Part shown: positions 9,654-20,276 of the stretch, in pieces
How positions within the stretch are numbered: position 1 is the first letter of the stretch
How the letters are laid out: each line of letters begins with the position of its first letter
Source of the DNA: Ostreococcus lucimarinus
Taxonomy: Eukaryota
Length of the DNA stretch: 64,000 nt
NCBI GenBank assembly: GCA_000092065.1
Contig: CP000588.1
Reading direction: 5' to 3' (one strand)
Notes under the pieces: model-generated
Seen by the model: only the letters and a program-made list of their open reading frames with translations
Database searches by the model: none
What the model was told of the DNA's origin: nothing
Program-made: the position numbers and the translations under genes

Positions 9654-12600
9654 AGAAGAAGACGAAGGAGACGAATCATACGAGGCGCGCGATGGCGACG
9701 ACGACGACGACGACGTCGTCGTGACGCAACGGGACGTGAAAGCGGCGAACATCGCGTCGCTCGTGAACGGGACGTTGGAGACGTGCGCGCGACCGTACGT
9801 GCGGGGACTGACGGTGGAGGACCCGGCGGTGACGCTGAAACGGGCGTTTAAATCGCCGTTTCCGAACGCGCCGAATCGGAGCGGTGCGGGACGAGCGATG
9901 CGATGCGACGGCGATGCGAATGGGATGGAGGCGCGCGAGACGCGTTTGAATCTTCGCGTCGGCGAGGGAAACCGGGCACCCGAGGGAAGAAGGCGGCGCG
10001 CGAAGACTGACGATGAAACGCGCGCGTCGAACGATCGCGATTCGTGCGAACAGCGGAATTGGAGCGACGGTTGGCGAGTCGACGGGTGTTCGTGCCGTGG
10101 GGGTCGAAGGCGAGCGACGTCGCGAGGGCGTTGCCGAAGCCGACGCAGTGCGCGGCGACGGAGGAGGCGATCGTATTGCCGGAAGGGATCGAGGATTTAG
10201 TGCTTTGGGAGCCGGATCGCGAGGGTGATGGTGGAGAGACGAGCGCGACGGCCGGTGGGGCGAGCGCGAAACCGATCGTGGTCGATCGCATGCTCACGAG
10301 ATGGTTGCGACCGCACCAACGCGAGGGGGTCAAGTTTATGTTTGAGTGCGTCATGGGTTTGCGCGATTTCGAAGGCCAAGGGTGCATTCTCGCGGATGAC
10401 ATGGGTTTAGGTAAGACATTACAAGGGATCACGCTGCTCTGGACGCTCTTGAAGCAAGGTATCGATGGTACGCCCGCGGTGAAGCGCGCGTTAATCGTCT
10501 GTCCGACGTCGCTGGTGTCCAACTGGGACGACGAGTGCAACAAGTGGTTGAATGGGCGCGTGAAAACGTTGCCCATTTGCGACTCCACTCGCGCTGAAGT
10601 CGTGAGCTCGGTGAAGCAATTTCTCGCCCCGCGACATCTCGCGCAAGTCATGATTGTGAGCTACGAAACGTTTAGGATCCACTCGGACCGTTTCAACTTT
10701 GACGGCGCGGTGGATTTGATCATGTGCGACGAAGCGCATCGCCTGAAAAACGGCGAGACGCTGACGAACAAGGCGTTGTGTTCGGTACCGTGCTTGCGAA
10801 GAGTGATGCTGAGCGGGACACCCATGCAAAATCACTTGGATGAGTTTTACTCGATGGTTGGCTTTTGCAATCCCGGCTTGCTCGGCACCCCTCCCGAGTT
10901 CGCGAAGAAGTTTGAGCGACCCATCTTGGCTGGACGCGAACCAGACGCGACGGAAAAGGAACTCGAACGCGCGCAAGAGGCGAATAGCGAGCTCTCTGAT
11001 CTCGTCAACAAGTTTATCTTGCGTCGCACGAACACGATTTTGAGTAAGCACCTTCCGCCGAAAGTCGTGGAAGTCGTGTGCTGTAAGCTTTCGCCGCTTC
11101 AGCAGGCGCTGTACGAGCACTTTCTCACGTCAAAGGCGGCGAATCAGGCGTTGACTGGAAAGGCGACGGCCGTGTTACCCGCAATCACGGCGTTAAAGAA
11201 GTTGTGCAATCACCCGAAATTGATTTACGACATGATTAATGGCGCAAAGAACACTGGTCAAGCGGCGAGCGGATTCAGCACGTGCGCGGAATTTTTTACT
11301 CCCGGAATGTACGACGGCGGCGGGGGGCGGAGTGGTCGCGGTGGCGGTGGCATGATGCACGGCTGGGAAGAGCACAGTGGAAAGTTTGCTGTACTCGCGC
11401 GTCTTCTCGCTAATTTGCGCGCCGAGACTAAGGACCGTATCGTCATCATTTCCAATTACACGCAAACTCTCGACTTGGTGGGCAACATGTGCCGCGAGCG
11501 AAACTACCCGTTCGTGCGCCTCGACGGCTCGACGTCTATCGGAAAGCGTCAAAAGCTCGTCAAACAGTTCAATGATCCCACGAGTAATTCTTTTGTGTTT
11601 CTCTTGTCTTCCAAGGCTGGCGGATGCGGTATCAACCTCATCGGAGGTAATCGTCTCGTGTTATTCGATCCCGACTGGAATCCCGCCAACGACAAGCAAG
11701 CCGCCGCGCGGTGCTGGCGCGACGGTCAAAAGAAGAAGTGCTACTTGTATCGCTTTTTGGCCGCGGGCACGATCGAGGAGAAAGTTTTCCAGCGTCAACT
11801 GTCCAAGGAAAGCTTGCAAAACGTCGTCAACGGTTCGGGGGAACTCGAACAATCCGTCATGTCCAAGGACGAGTTGCGAAAGTTGTTTTCGTTGGACTGC
11901 ACGACGTACTCGGATACGCACGACACGTGCGGTTGCAAGCGATGCCCCGCGCGGAACGGTGACGACCTCGGGTGCGACCCGGACGCGGAATACAAGGAAT
12001 GGGAGGAACAAATCGACGACGCAGACGAACAAAAGCTCGACGAGTGGGCGCACCATCACCGCATGGACAAAGTTCCCGACGATATGATGAAAAAGTCGGC
12101 GGGCGAGGACGTATCCTTCGTGTTTTCGCTCAAAGTTGAGGGCGCGGCTATTGATGAATCGAAGAAAGCTCCAGCACCCGAAAAGAAGTCGGAGGAAGCG
12201 TCTGAGAAGAAGCCGACGCCGACGATGCCGTCGCACTCGACGCGCCCACCGACCAGATTCGTGCCGCCGGCGCGACGTCCGCTCGCGCCGCGAGTTGCGC
12301 CGCAGGCGACGGCGATGCCGGCGTATCAACGACCGAGTACTCTGATCGCTGCGAAGCCATCGGAAGGTCGCGTGCCGCCCATGCGCGCAGCTGTGAAACC
12401 TGCCGCGAAAGCGCCCAAGAAGAAGAAGAAACTTGAGAGCGAATCCGAAGACGAAGACACCGAGGAAGAATCCGAACAGGAAGAATCTGAAGCCGAGGAA
12501 GAATCTGAAGAAGATGAGCCAGTCGCTGATACGGAAGGGGACGACGATGATGAAGTACCAGATTCTGAAGATGAAGACGTCGCCGACACCTCTGCGCCGC

Positions 12601-12734
12601 GTCAAAAGCGATCATCACCGGACGCGGATGAAAGCGCGACGCGATACAAGGCGGCGCGCCTGTCGTCCTTAACGTCAGATCGAGGCTTTGCGGTGCCGCC
12701 GCGCTCGCCCAGCGACGAATCCGACGGATACTAG
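9613..12734 (+). CDS. RAD54: RAD54-like SNF2-family DNA repair/recombination ATPase; proposed join(9613..9883,10054..12734)
   Basis: The main ORF 10044–12734 has LRPHQREGVKFMFECV, ILADDMGLGKTLQ, DEAHRLKN and the helicase C-terminal motifs. The upstream ORF 9613–10200 is in another frame and encodes the RAD54 N-terminal motif KSPFPNAPNRS, matching KPFKVPIPNYQG of RAD54. A 170-bp intron with a GTGCGG donor, a CTGAC branch and an AACAG acceptor joins the two frames. The protein has an acidic N-terminus (D-run) and an acidic, EESE-rich C-terminal tail. Confidence 0.8.
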
Positions 12735-12859
12735 AAAGAAAAAGTTGTTGTTTCATTTTATTAAAAAGCTTCGATTGGCATCGCGTAATAGTGCGCTGCG
12801 TCCGCCTCCGCCCGCGCCTCTCTCCCCGGCCAACTGTCGATTCCCATCAAAACGGTTTA

Positions 12860-13422
12860 TTAGTACCCCATCTGCGCCTCGGCGGCTTCCGCGAGGATCG
12901 GGAATCGGATGTATTGACCGCTCATGCAACCCACCGCGGCGAACGCGAAGGCGGCGAGAGTGACGACAAAGATGGCGTTGTGCATGATCATGGTCACGAT
13001 TCCCGGTAAACCGATGCCCAAAATACCCGGTCCGAACAACGCCTCGAGGAGAGACGGGAAAATCAACGCGATGTCGAGCAAAATCGCTTGCATACCGTTG
13101 AAGCGGCAAAAGCGCGACAAGTTTTGATTCTTCGCGATCCCAAGATATATGGCGAAAAACATTATGAGATTCCCCATCGGCAACATCGCCACCCCGCGCA
13201 AAATCGGCATCAACGGCTTCAACAGCACCACCGCGGCTGGAAACTGGCCGAAGAAGAAGCGCCCGTACCGCAACGCGCTCAACAACGGCAACAAGTACGG
13301 CACCAACGCCACGACGCGATCGGGCACGGGAACGATGTTAAATCCACCCCCGGCGTACCCTCGCGCGACGACCGTCGTCGTCCCTCGCGCGCGCGTCGCG
13401 CTTCTCTCCCTCGCCGCGACCG

Positions 13423-13454
<32 letters not shown>

Positions 13455-13582
13455 CCCGCGCGCGCCGTTCGCCGTCCCGTCGTCCGCGTCTCCCCCATCC
13501 CGACCGCGCGCGCCGCCACCCTTCGCCCCATCGCCCGCGTCTGTCGCCTCGCCCGCGCCGTCGTCGTTCGCACCGCCGCCCG

Positions 13583-13613
<31 letters not shown>

Positions 13614-13618
13614 ATCAT
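12860..13618 (-). CDS. TIC20: Tic20-family protein (chloroplast inner-envelope translocon), with T/R/A-rich transit-peptide-like N-terminus
   Basis: The 252-aa ORF has four predicted TM helices: LVPYLLPLLSALRYGRFFFGQFP…MFFAIYLGIAKNQNLSRFCRFNGMQAILLDIALIFP. This matches the Tic20 signature. My manual count places the start codon 1 bp from the track coordinate. Confidence 0.65.
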
Positions 13619-13902
13619 CCCTCGATTCGCGCTTTACCACGATTCACCGTCCACCGCCTCGCTTTCGCGCCGCGCCGCTCGCGTCGCGTCCGCGCGACGG
13701 GTTTTCCGCGCGTTTCGACGCGACGCGACGTCGCGTCGCTCGATGCCGCGCGCCGTCGCCGTCGTCGTCGTCGTCGATTCGATGCGATCCCGCGCGGGTC
13801 GTTACGCGAACCCATAACATTAAAATCCCGTACGTAGACGCGCACTCGACCGATCGATCGACCGACCGCGTGACGTCGACGTCGACGAATGCGAGTGCAT
13901 GA

Positions 13903-14831
13903 TTGCGCGCGTCGCGACACACCGCGACGCCGACGACCATGCGCGCCGTGAACCGAATCGCCGACGGACGCGCGATCGTCGCGCGCGCGCGACGCGTCGA
14001 ACGACGACGCGCGACGCGCTCGACGCGGGCGGAAAAAGAGGGCGAACAGATGAATCAAGAGATGGCCGGCGGCGAGATCGGGCTCGGCGGACTGGAGGAC
14101 ATGATGGACAAGGCGGACGGTGGGGCGACGCCGGATTTCGTGAAATCGCTCGGCGTGAAGGAGTTGGACGATGTGTTCGCGATCCTCGGGTCGCAGACGA
14201 AGGGCGCGGAGCTCGGGCAGTTGGTGCTGAGCGAAAAGTTTGGGGAGACGCTGTACCGCGAGAGCGGGTTCACGAGCTTGGCGGAGACGATCAACGGTCG
14301 ATGCGCGGTGCGTTGGCGAGTCGCGCGAGTCGCGTCGTTCGATGGGGATTATGCGTCGAGAATCGCGATGGGGGGACGCGGACGCGCGCGCGCGGTGGCG
14401 AGCGCGAGACGGGGCGCGAGACGGGACGCGAGACGCGCGCTCGAGACGCCAGCGCTGGAAATATCTCGTCGCGCGCGCGCGAACGCGCGCGACGCGGCTG
14501 ACGCGAAGACTGACTGACGAATATGTTTACGCCAACGCAGATGGTTGGTTTCGTTCTCGCCGTCATGAACACCTTCAACGGTGACTTGCTCACGATGATG
14601 GCCAAGGTTCCCCTCGCCGTCGTCTTCGTCATCGCCACCATCAGCGCGGCGAGCGTCGTGCAAAAGGTGAACCCGACGGGCTACATCCCGGACAACGTCA
14701 ACGGTGCCGCCATGAACGCGTACTCCGGCGCTAAGTTGGACGAAGTGTTCACTTACAAGGCGGAACTGGTGAACGGTCGCATGGCTATGCTCGCCATGCT
14801 CTTCTTCGTCGCCACCGCGTCGATCTTTTAA
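13903..14831 (+). CDS. light-harvesting-like (LHC/ELIP/LIL superfamily) chlorophyll-binding protein; join(13903..14307,14541..14831)
   Basis: Two track ORFs sit in different frames. Exon 1 ends …AETINGRCA and exon 2 starts MVGFVLAV…. A 233-bp intron runs from the GTGCGT donor at 14308 to the CAG at 14540, with a CTGAC branch point. Splicing rebuilds the LHC helix-1 motif E-x2-NGR-x-AM-x-GF. A second motif ELVNGRMAMLAM lies in exon 2. The N-terminus resembles a transit peptide. Confidence 0.6.
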
Positions 14832-15065
14832 GCGCTCGATCGACGTCGATCGAAGCGGCGCGATTCGTCGCGACGTCATTTTTTGTTCAATTCGCGCGAT
14901 CGCCGCGCGCTCGGTGTGATGAAGGACGAGAGTTGATTCAATATCACTTCCCGTCGTTACCGCACTCGCGCGTCGTCGCATGTTCGTTGTAACATCCGCT
15001 AAGCAACACTACTATTCGCATCCGTCTCGACTCCGTCGTCGCGGCGCGTCCGCACTTCTCGCCGC

Positions 15066-15863
15066 ATGCGTCTCACCAAAGCTCAAAAAGAACGCGATGC
15101 GCTCCTACTCGCGCGATTTCGTGTCTACCGCGAGTGGTGTCTACCGCGCGAGGTGCGGCAATGCATAGAGATTCGAACTCGCACGGCCAATCAACAACTC
15201 TACGAGGACTGTAAACATCTCGCGCAGACGTCGAGAGGGCGAAAGCGAGACCTCGGCCGCGCGCTCGAACGCGTCGGGTGCGCCGAACGACACGCGCACG
15301 CGCTCTGTCAATCGTTCATAAGAGGGTCCGCGCACGTATCGTGGACGGCACGCGGAGTTGCGCATGAAATGGCGCGGCAAAAGTACTTGCTCGAGCACTC
15401 CGGTGCGTTCAAACGCGAGATCGGCGCGATGGCGGCGAAGATCAACAAACGCCTTCACGAGTTGGTGATGGCGCGCGGACGTGTCGAAAGCGTCAGAGAT
15501 GACTCAATAGTGTATGAACGAATTCGTTCGGAGGCGACGCGGGATGTGACTGGAGCGGAGACCTTCGCGGCGGCGGCGGCGAGCGTCGCGAGACACTGGC
15601 GAGATTTCCCTGTGGGGGGTTGGCCGTGGCCTACGGCGCCGCCGCCCGCTCCACTCACGAAAGGAGAAAAAGCGGTGTTATTCTTGAAGAAACTGAAATG
15701 TCACGGAGCACGCGAGCACGACAAGTTCGTGAACATCATGAACATGCACAAATATAATTTTCTGAGCGTGCGAGACGTCGATCGAGAAGTCGCCGCGTTG
15801 CTGCCGCGTCATCCGCTGCTGCGCGAGTTCAGAGAGACGTTCTTGCGCCCCGCGAGCGCGTGA
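15066..15863 (+). CDS. hypothetical protein, member A of a tandem paralog pair (unknown lineage-specific family)
   Basis: 265-aa ORF. It is collinear at ~30% identity with the next gene, sharing RLTK…R(L/F)xVY…LP…IE..TR…HL.QT…GC…KYLL..HS..F.RE…GAE…WPW. I recognise no known domain. Confidence 0.45.
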   Translation: MRLTKAQKERDALLLARFRVYREWCLPREVRQCIEIRTRTANQQLYEDCKHLAQTSRGRKRDLGRALERVGCAERHAHALCQSFIRGSAHVSWTARGVAHEMARQKYLLEHSGAFKREIGAMAAKINKRLHELVMARGRVESVRDDSIVYERIRSEATRDVTGAETFAAAAASVARHWRDFPVGGWPWPTAPPPAPLTKGEKAVLFLKKLKCHGAREHDKFVNIMNMHKYNFLSVRDVDREVAALLPRHPLLREFRETFLRPASA

Positions 15864-16044
15864 GCGGTCGCATTGATGCGTGCTAACGCGACCATTATTC
15901 GACGATACTGTATGACATGATTGTGTAATATGACTGTATGACTTCCAGACGAGTGACGACGTCGCGACGCCGCCAGACGAGTGACGACGTCGCGACGTCG
16001 CGACGCCGCGCGCGCGCTCCTTCACAACGCGCCTCTTCGACGCA

Positions 16045-16626
16045 ATGGTTCGACTGACCAAGATCGAGAAGAACCGAAGAAAGCTCATCAGCTGTAGATT
16101 GCTCGTCTATAAGCTCCACGCGCTACCTGTCGAATCGTGGCGAATCATCGAGCGTCATACGCGCGCGTTAAATCTGGAACTCTGGCACAAGACGAAACAC
16201 TTGCAGCAAACTGCGAAGCAGCGCAGGGCTGATGTGAAGGCGGCTCTCCAGACTCATGGGTGCGAAGATCGCATCGACGAATACCCAATAAGCAAGCGAT
16301 TTATCGCCGGGAAACTCAAAAGTTGGACGGCGATACGCGTCGCGGAGCACGTTGCAAAACTCAGATATCTCCTAGACGGACACTCTCGGGAGTTTGAACG
16401 AGAAATGGCTGAGCTCGAAGGCGCAATCGATGATGAGGTTGAAGAAATCGCCGAGATCGCGGGCATGGAACGAGGCAGAGGGCCGATTTATTTCGGTGGT
16501 ATTCGTCGTGAGGCGCTGCGCAACGTGCACGGTGCTGAAAGCTACGACGAAGCCCGGATATGCATGGCCGAGAGCTTCACCGGTGACATGCCGCGGGTCT
16601 GGCCTTGGCTCGAGCGCCGGGTCTGA
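16045..16626 (+). CDS. hypothetical protein, member B of the tandem paralog pair
   Basis: 193-aa ORF. It is a paralog of 15066–15863 in the same orientation, 180 bp downstream. Confidence 0.45.
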   Translation: MVRLTKIEKNRRKLISCRLLVYKLHALPVESWRIIERHTRALNLELWHKTKHLQQTAKQRRADVKAALQTHGCEDRIDEYPISKRFIAGKLKSWTAIRVAEHVAKLRYLLDGHSREFEREMAELEGAIDDEVEEIAEIAGMERGRGPIYFGGIRREALRNVHGAESYDEARICMAESFTGDMPRVWPWLERRV

Positions 16627-16689
16627 GCGACGATGTCAATAGTTATCGATGTGACTTACAATGCTCGATTGCATACAAAACGTACTCGT

Positions 16690-19600
16690 TCACACGACGA
16701 GATTTGCACGCTCGGCGCGCCCCTCTGGCGTGCGGCGCTCGCGACGCTCACGAGCGAAGTCGAGAATCGAGCGCGATTTAAACACCGCTAAGACGATGAC
16801 GCACACGAAAGCGAATGGAGCCGCGAACGCGACGAACGAACCAAATGGACGCTCAAAATCGCGCACATCGCCGAGGGAAGCGTGTTTACCTTGTACGTCG
16901 TCGACGGCGTCACCACGCGCTTTTTCGTGGTGCTCATCTTTGACTCCGACATCTTTCACGCCGAGCTCTTTCACGCCGAGCGCGACGGTAGCCGCCGCTG
17001 CTCTTCGCACGAGCTCGTGAGCGGTGATTACGTTTTTCTCTGCGGCGCCGAGTCCTGCATCATTCGCTTCAATCAGCCTATCTCGCAGATGCCCTTTACT
17101 TAAACCAATAGGAGCAACGATCTGGTCTTCTGGCACCGAACCAAGAATCGCAGAGCACTGTCCTGCACACGTTCCGAAGACGAAATTTTGCGACGCGAGA
17201 TTCGGGGTGTGGTACTGCACTCGATTTCTCCACTTTCCCGCCTGCACGTCCGTACAGTCGGACGTGAACGCCGGAGACGCAGTCTCTCCGTAGTAGGCTT
17301 GCCACATTTCGTGACCGAAAATGTGTCCCGAATCGTAGACGTGATTGCCTTCGGCGTCCGCCAGCGCGAACCCGTAAGCGACGGAACCAGACCAACCACT
17401 TAGTGTGGCGCCGTAAGTGCATGTATGATAGTAATCATTTCCATCGCGCCCGGTTATCGGAGTCATGGCGATACCTCTGCTGTACGGCCACCTCATGCGG
17501 TTACCAAGAGGTGGTCTCTGTGATACGAGCTTGACTTGCGTCAAATCATCGACTGCCAGCGGGACGTGAAGATAACGCTCGTCTACGCCTTCCTCGGCTT
17601 CTCGCGTAGACGTGTTGTTCAGTGTGTACTCTATTACGCTTTGTGGAATGCACTCCGTACTGACGTAGTAGCACGGCGGAGGAACGACCATGCATGGATC
17701 AGCAGCCGGACAACTCGGATGTTTGTGATCTGAAGCTGAGAGCGCCTCAAGAATGCCTTCCAACTCGCTCGTATCGTTGTCTTGAGGGCAAACCAAGTCA
17801 TCGGAATCGCAGTTCCAGAGCGCGCCGACAGGACCTTGAACGTCGAGTTGCGTTCGAGACCCGGCGCACGTAGCCTTGCAGTTTCTGCCGTATCTGAAAT
17901 GCCATTGAGCTCCATAGGTGCTGAGACTATTGCGATGATACTTCGACAGATACGCCGGCATCGTAATGTCGTCAGCCACATCATCAACAATACTCGCCAA
18001 TGGAACTGGGAGAATGGGAATGTGTGTGTGATTGTTACGGTGCCCATACACCGGAACGACGTATGGGTTAGCGACAAACACGACGAAAGGTTCCATTTCG
18101 AACGATTCGTGCTCGTCGTATTCCGGAACACTCGCGAGCGGCACGAATGGCGCAAAGTGGGGCGGTGGTGGCGGGCTCGGAGGCGGGCTCGGAGGCGGGC
18201 TCGGAGGCGGGCTCGGAGGCGGGCTCGGAGGCGGGCTCGGAGGCGGGCTCGGAGGCGGGCTCGGAGGCGGGCTCGGAGGCGGGCTCGGAGGCGGGCTCGG
18301 AGGCGGGCTCGGAGGCGGGCTCGGCGGGCTCGGAGGAGGGCTCGGAGGAGGGCTCGGAGGAGGGCTCGGAGGAGGGCTCGGAGGAGGGCTCGGAGGAGGG
18401 CTCGGAGGCGGGCTCGGAGGCGGGCTCGGAGGCGGGCTCGGAGGCGGACTCGGTGTTGGCGTCGGCGTCGGCGTCGGCGTCGGTGCGGCAGCCAGGGCGG
18501 CGGCGGCATTAGGTGCCAGCACTGCGTTGTGATATTCGAGATACCTCTCTTCTGCTTCCAAGTTAAAAGTCGCCAAGTCGTCTTGCGCGAGCTGCGCATC
18601 CAAATCAGTCAAGAATGAATAACTATTCGTCGTTTTCCAGGCCTCGATTGTGTCTACAACGTGTTGTTGGTACACTTCATCGGCAGATATATTGACATTT
18701 TGGTTGAACGACCAAACATCTGCAGCCGCAGCTTCTGAATCTAGTGAAAGATCACAGAGGTACGTGTTTATTGTGCACTGCGAAGACTGCCATTCGTCCA
18801 CCTTCGTCGTAATGTAGCGTTCTTTCACTGCAGCGTTCGTACTGGTCACGTCGTCGTTGGATTGCAATCTTGCTTCTGGAGTGGTCACGCTGTACGAGTG
18901 CGTAGACGCCCACGTCGAAACACGAGAACTCTCCGTATTCCAGTAATGGGCGTCGTAGGCCGACTCGAGCGCTGCGTTGTATCCCTCCAGATCGTTGACC
19001 ACGTCACGGATCGGCCAACCCGATGGCGCATACCCAGTCGCGGCGTTTGAAAGCAAGAAATCGTCCAAGGCGGCTTGTTCGTCGATTTGGAGCTCGAGGT
19101 GCTTGTCACCGGAAAGTTGTTCAAATCGATCCATCCATTTCTTCGTCGAAGCGCTGATCGACAAACCTTTGCGGTAAAACTTGCCTAATTTCGACACATC
19201 CCCCGCGCGATAGTAAAGACGGAAAAACTCGAATAGATAGTCTTTAGTATCACTGGCGATATCGGCATCGCTGATCGCATGTCTCGTCAGCCAAGCTTGC
19301 AAATCCCGTTGCACGCGCGCGTTTATCATCAAAAACGCCGCGTAACGCATGTCCATCACGAACGTAGTCGTATCGCTCGGATCACCGTATCCGGAAGCCG
19401 GTCTCAGCACTGATTCAGTCATCCAAGGACACGTGTAAGTGAGTCGAAGACTACCGAAGTAATCTGGGCTGTACGTTTTCCACACCTCGTTCCGATTGCC
19501 GTCGTCATCCGCGCCCGTGATGACGCACGCGTCATAATCGGCGTCTCCAGCGTAATGCTCGCTCACATACGCCGTGAGCGCACTCTGAAACTTGGGCAAG

Positions 19601-20019
19601 TTAAAAGGTTGCATTATTTGCGTGTCGTAGTTCGCGTATCGCGGGTTTTCGCGCATCATGATCCCGGGACATCTATCGAAGCGGTCCGTCACGCCGCGAT
19701 GGCTGTACCTCATGCATCCCGGGTGCGGCACTCTGGGGTCATCCACGTGCGTGTACGCCCCGAGCGTCCCCACCGCGGCGATCGACACCGTCACGCACGC
19801 GAGCGCGACGGCGAGCGCGCGCCCGATCGTCACCACCGCGCGCACATTTCGTCGAGTGTGCGGTCGGGTGTTCCGCGTCGTCGTCATCGTTCTCGGCCGT
19901 GGACGCACATTCGATAGGGTGTTACGCGTCGTCGTCATCGTTCTCGCCTTTCCCGTCTCGCCGGCGACGATCACGCCGGTGCGCGGGAGAGAAGCATCGC
20001 GACGCTGTTTCGATGGCAT
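16690..20019 (-). CDS. large secreted/membrane-anchored proline-rich glycoprotein with an (SPPP)n array (hydroxyproline-rich / extensin-like)
   Basis: 1109-aa ORF. The N-terminus has a signal/anchor ([17 protein letters not shown]). The middle contains [19 protein letters not shown]… of about 100 residues. The C-terminus ends in a hydrophobic anchor ([19 protein letters not shown]). A 30-bp direct repeat at ~19860/19920 duplicates RTMTTTRNT at the N-terminus. Confidence 0.55.
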   Translation of the reverse strand: MPSKQRRDASLPRTGVIVAGETGKARTMTTTRNTLSNVRPRPRTMTTTRNTRPHTRRNVRAVVTIGRALAVALACVTVSIAAVGTLGAYTHVDDPRVPHPGCMRYSHRGVTDRFDRCPGIMMRENPRYANYDTQIMQPFNLPKFQSALTAYVSEHYAGDADYDACVITGADDDGNRNEVWKTYSPDYFGSLRLTYTCPWMTESVLRPASGYGDPSDTTTFVMDMRYAAFLMINARVQRDLQAWLTRHAISDADIASDTKDYLFEFFRLYYRAGDVSKLGKFYRKGLSISASTKKWMDRFEQLSGDKHLELQIDEQAALDDFLLSNAATGYAPSGWPIRDVVNDLEGYNAALESAYDAHYWNTESSRVSTWASTHSYSVTTPEARLQSNDDVTSTNAAVKERYITTKVDEWQSSQCTINTYLCDLSLDSEAAAADVWSFNQNVNISADEVYQQHVVDTIEAWKTTNSYSFLTDLDAQLAQDDLATFNLEAEERYLEYHNAVLAPNAAAALAAAPTPTPTPTPTPSPPPSPPPSPPPSPPPSPPPSPPPSPPPSPPPSPPPSPPPSPPSPPPSPPPSPPPSPPPSPPPSPPPSPPPSPPPSPPPSPPPSPPPSPPPSPPPPPHFAPFVPLASVPEYDEHESFEMEPFVVFVANPYVVPVYGHRNNHTHIPILPVPLASIVDDVADDITMPAYLSKYHRNSLSTYGAQWHFRYGRNCKATCAGSRTQLDVQGPVGALWNCDSDDLVCPQDNDTSELEGILEALSASDHKHPSCPAADPCMVVPPPCYYVSTECIPQSVIEYTLNNTSTREAEEGVDERYLHVPLAVDDLTQVKLVSQRPPLGNRMRWPYSRGIAMTPITGRDGNDYYHTCTYGATLSGWSGSVAYGFALADAEGNHVYDSGHIFGHEMWQAYYGETASPAFTSDCTDVQAGKWRNRVQYHTPNLASQNFVFGTCAGQCSAILGSVPEDQIVAPIGLSKGHLRDRLIEANDAGLGAAEKNVITAHELVRRAAAATVALGVKELGVKDVGVKDEHHEKARGDAVDDVQGKHASLGDVRDFERPFGSFVAFAAPFAFVCVIVLAVFKSRSILDFARERRERRTPEGRAERANLVV
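18148..18470. repeat. 12-bp tandem repeat (GGCGGGCTCGGA)n, about 26 copies with GGAGGGCTCGGA variants; encodes the SPPP array on the minus strand
   Basis: The periodicity is directly visible in the sequence. The plus-strand frames of the array produce the G/L/E-rich track ORFs 18032–18532 and 18147–18512, which are artefacts. Confidence 0.9.
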
Positions 20020-20276
20020 CCTTCGCGTCGACGCGCGCGGTGATGTCGGCGTGCGCAGAGGCGCGACGCGAAGTGTCCATCGCTGGTCGGATCTTGTTAA
20101 ATATGTAACATCGTTTGGGTCCGCTTTAGTAGTGTTTGGATCCGTTATAGTGCTATCTTGGGTCCGCCCTCAGTATTTTTTCCGTCCAGAGCTAAGTAAG
20201 CCCTGGACCGCGTCTCTTGAAATTTCGTCTAAGAAACTTTCGATGTGACTACAAATGTGTGACTGTGTGTGTACGA

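Noticed and set aside
13338-13640. D/G-rich ORF (DDDDGDDGDDGD…) antisense to Tic20 and other (GAC)n/(GTC)n-derived homopolymer ORFs
   Set aside because: These are the other strand or frame of (GTC)n microsatellites that encode poly-T/A in the real genes. No independent gene is supported.
12860-13640. 1-bp disagreement between my manual position count and track coordinates for two minus-strand ORFs in the 13.3–13.6 kb region
   Set aside because: It is probably a counting slip in a repeat-rich line and not a biological frameshift. Plus-strand ORFs either side check out. Treat my hand-derived intron and ATG coordinates throughout as ±1–2 bp.
18148-18470. Regular 12-bp repeat array considered as a CRISPR-like or satellite feature
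   Set aside because: There are no spacers, and the units are contiguous and in-frame within a 1109-aa ORF. It is a coding (SPPP)n minisatellite in a eukaryotic gene.
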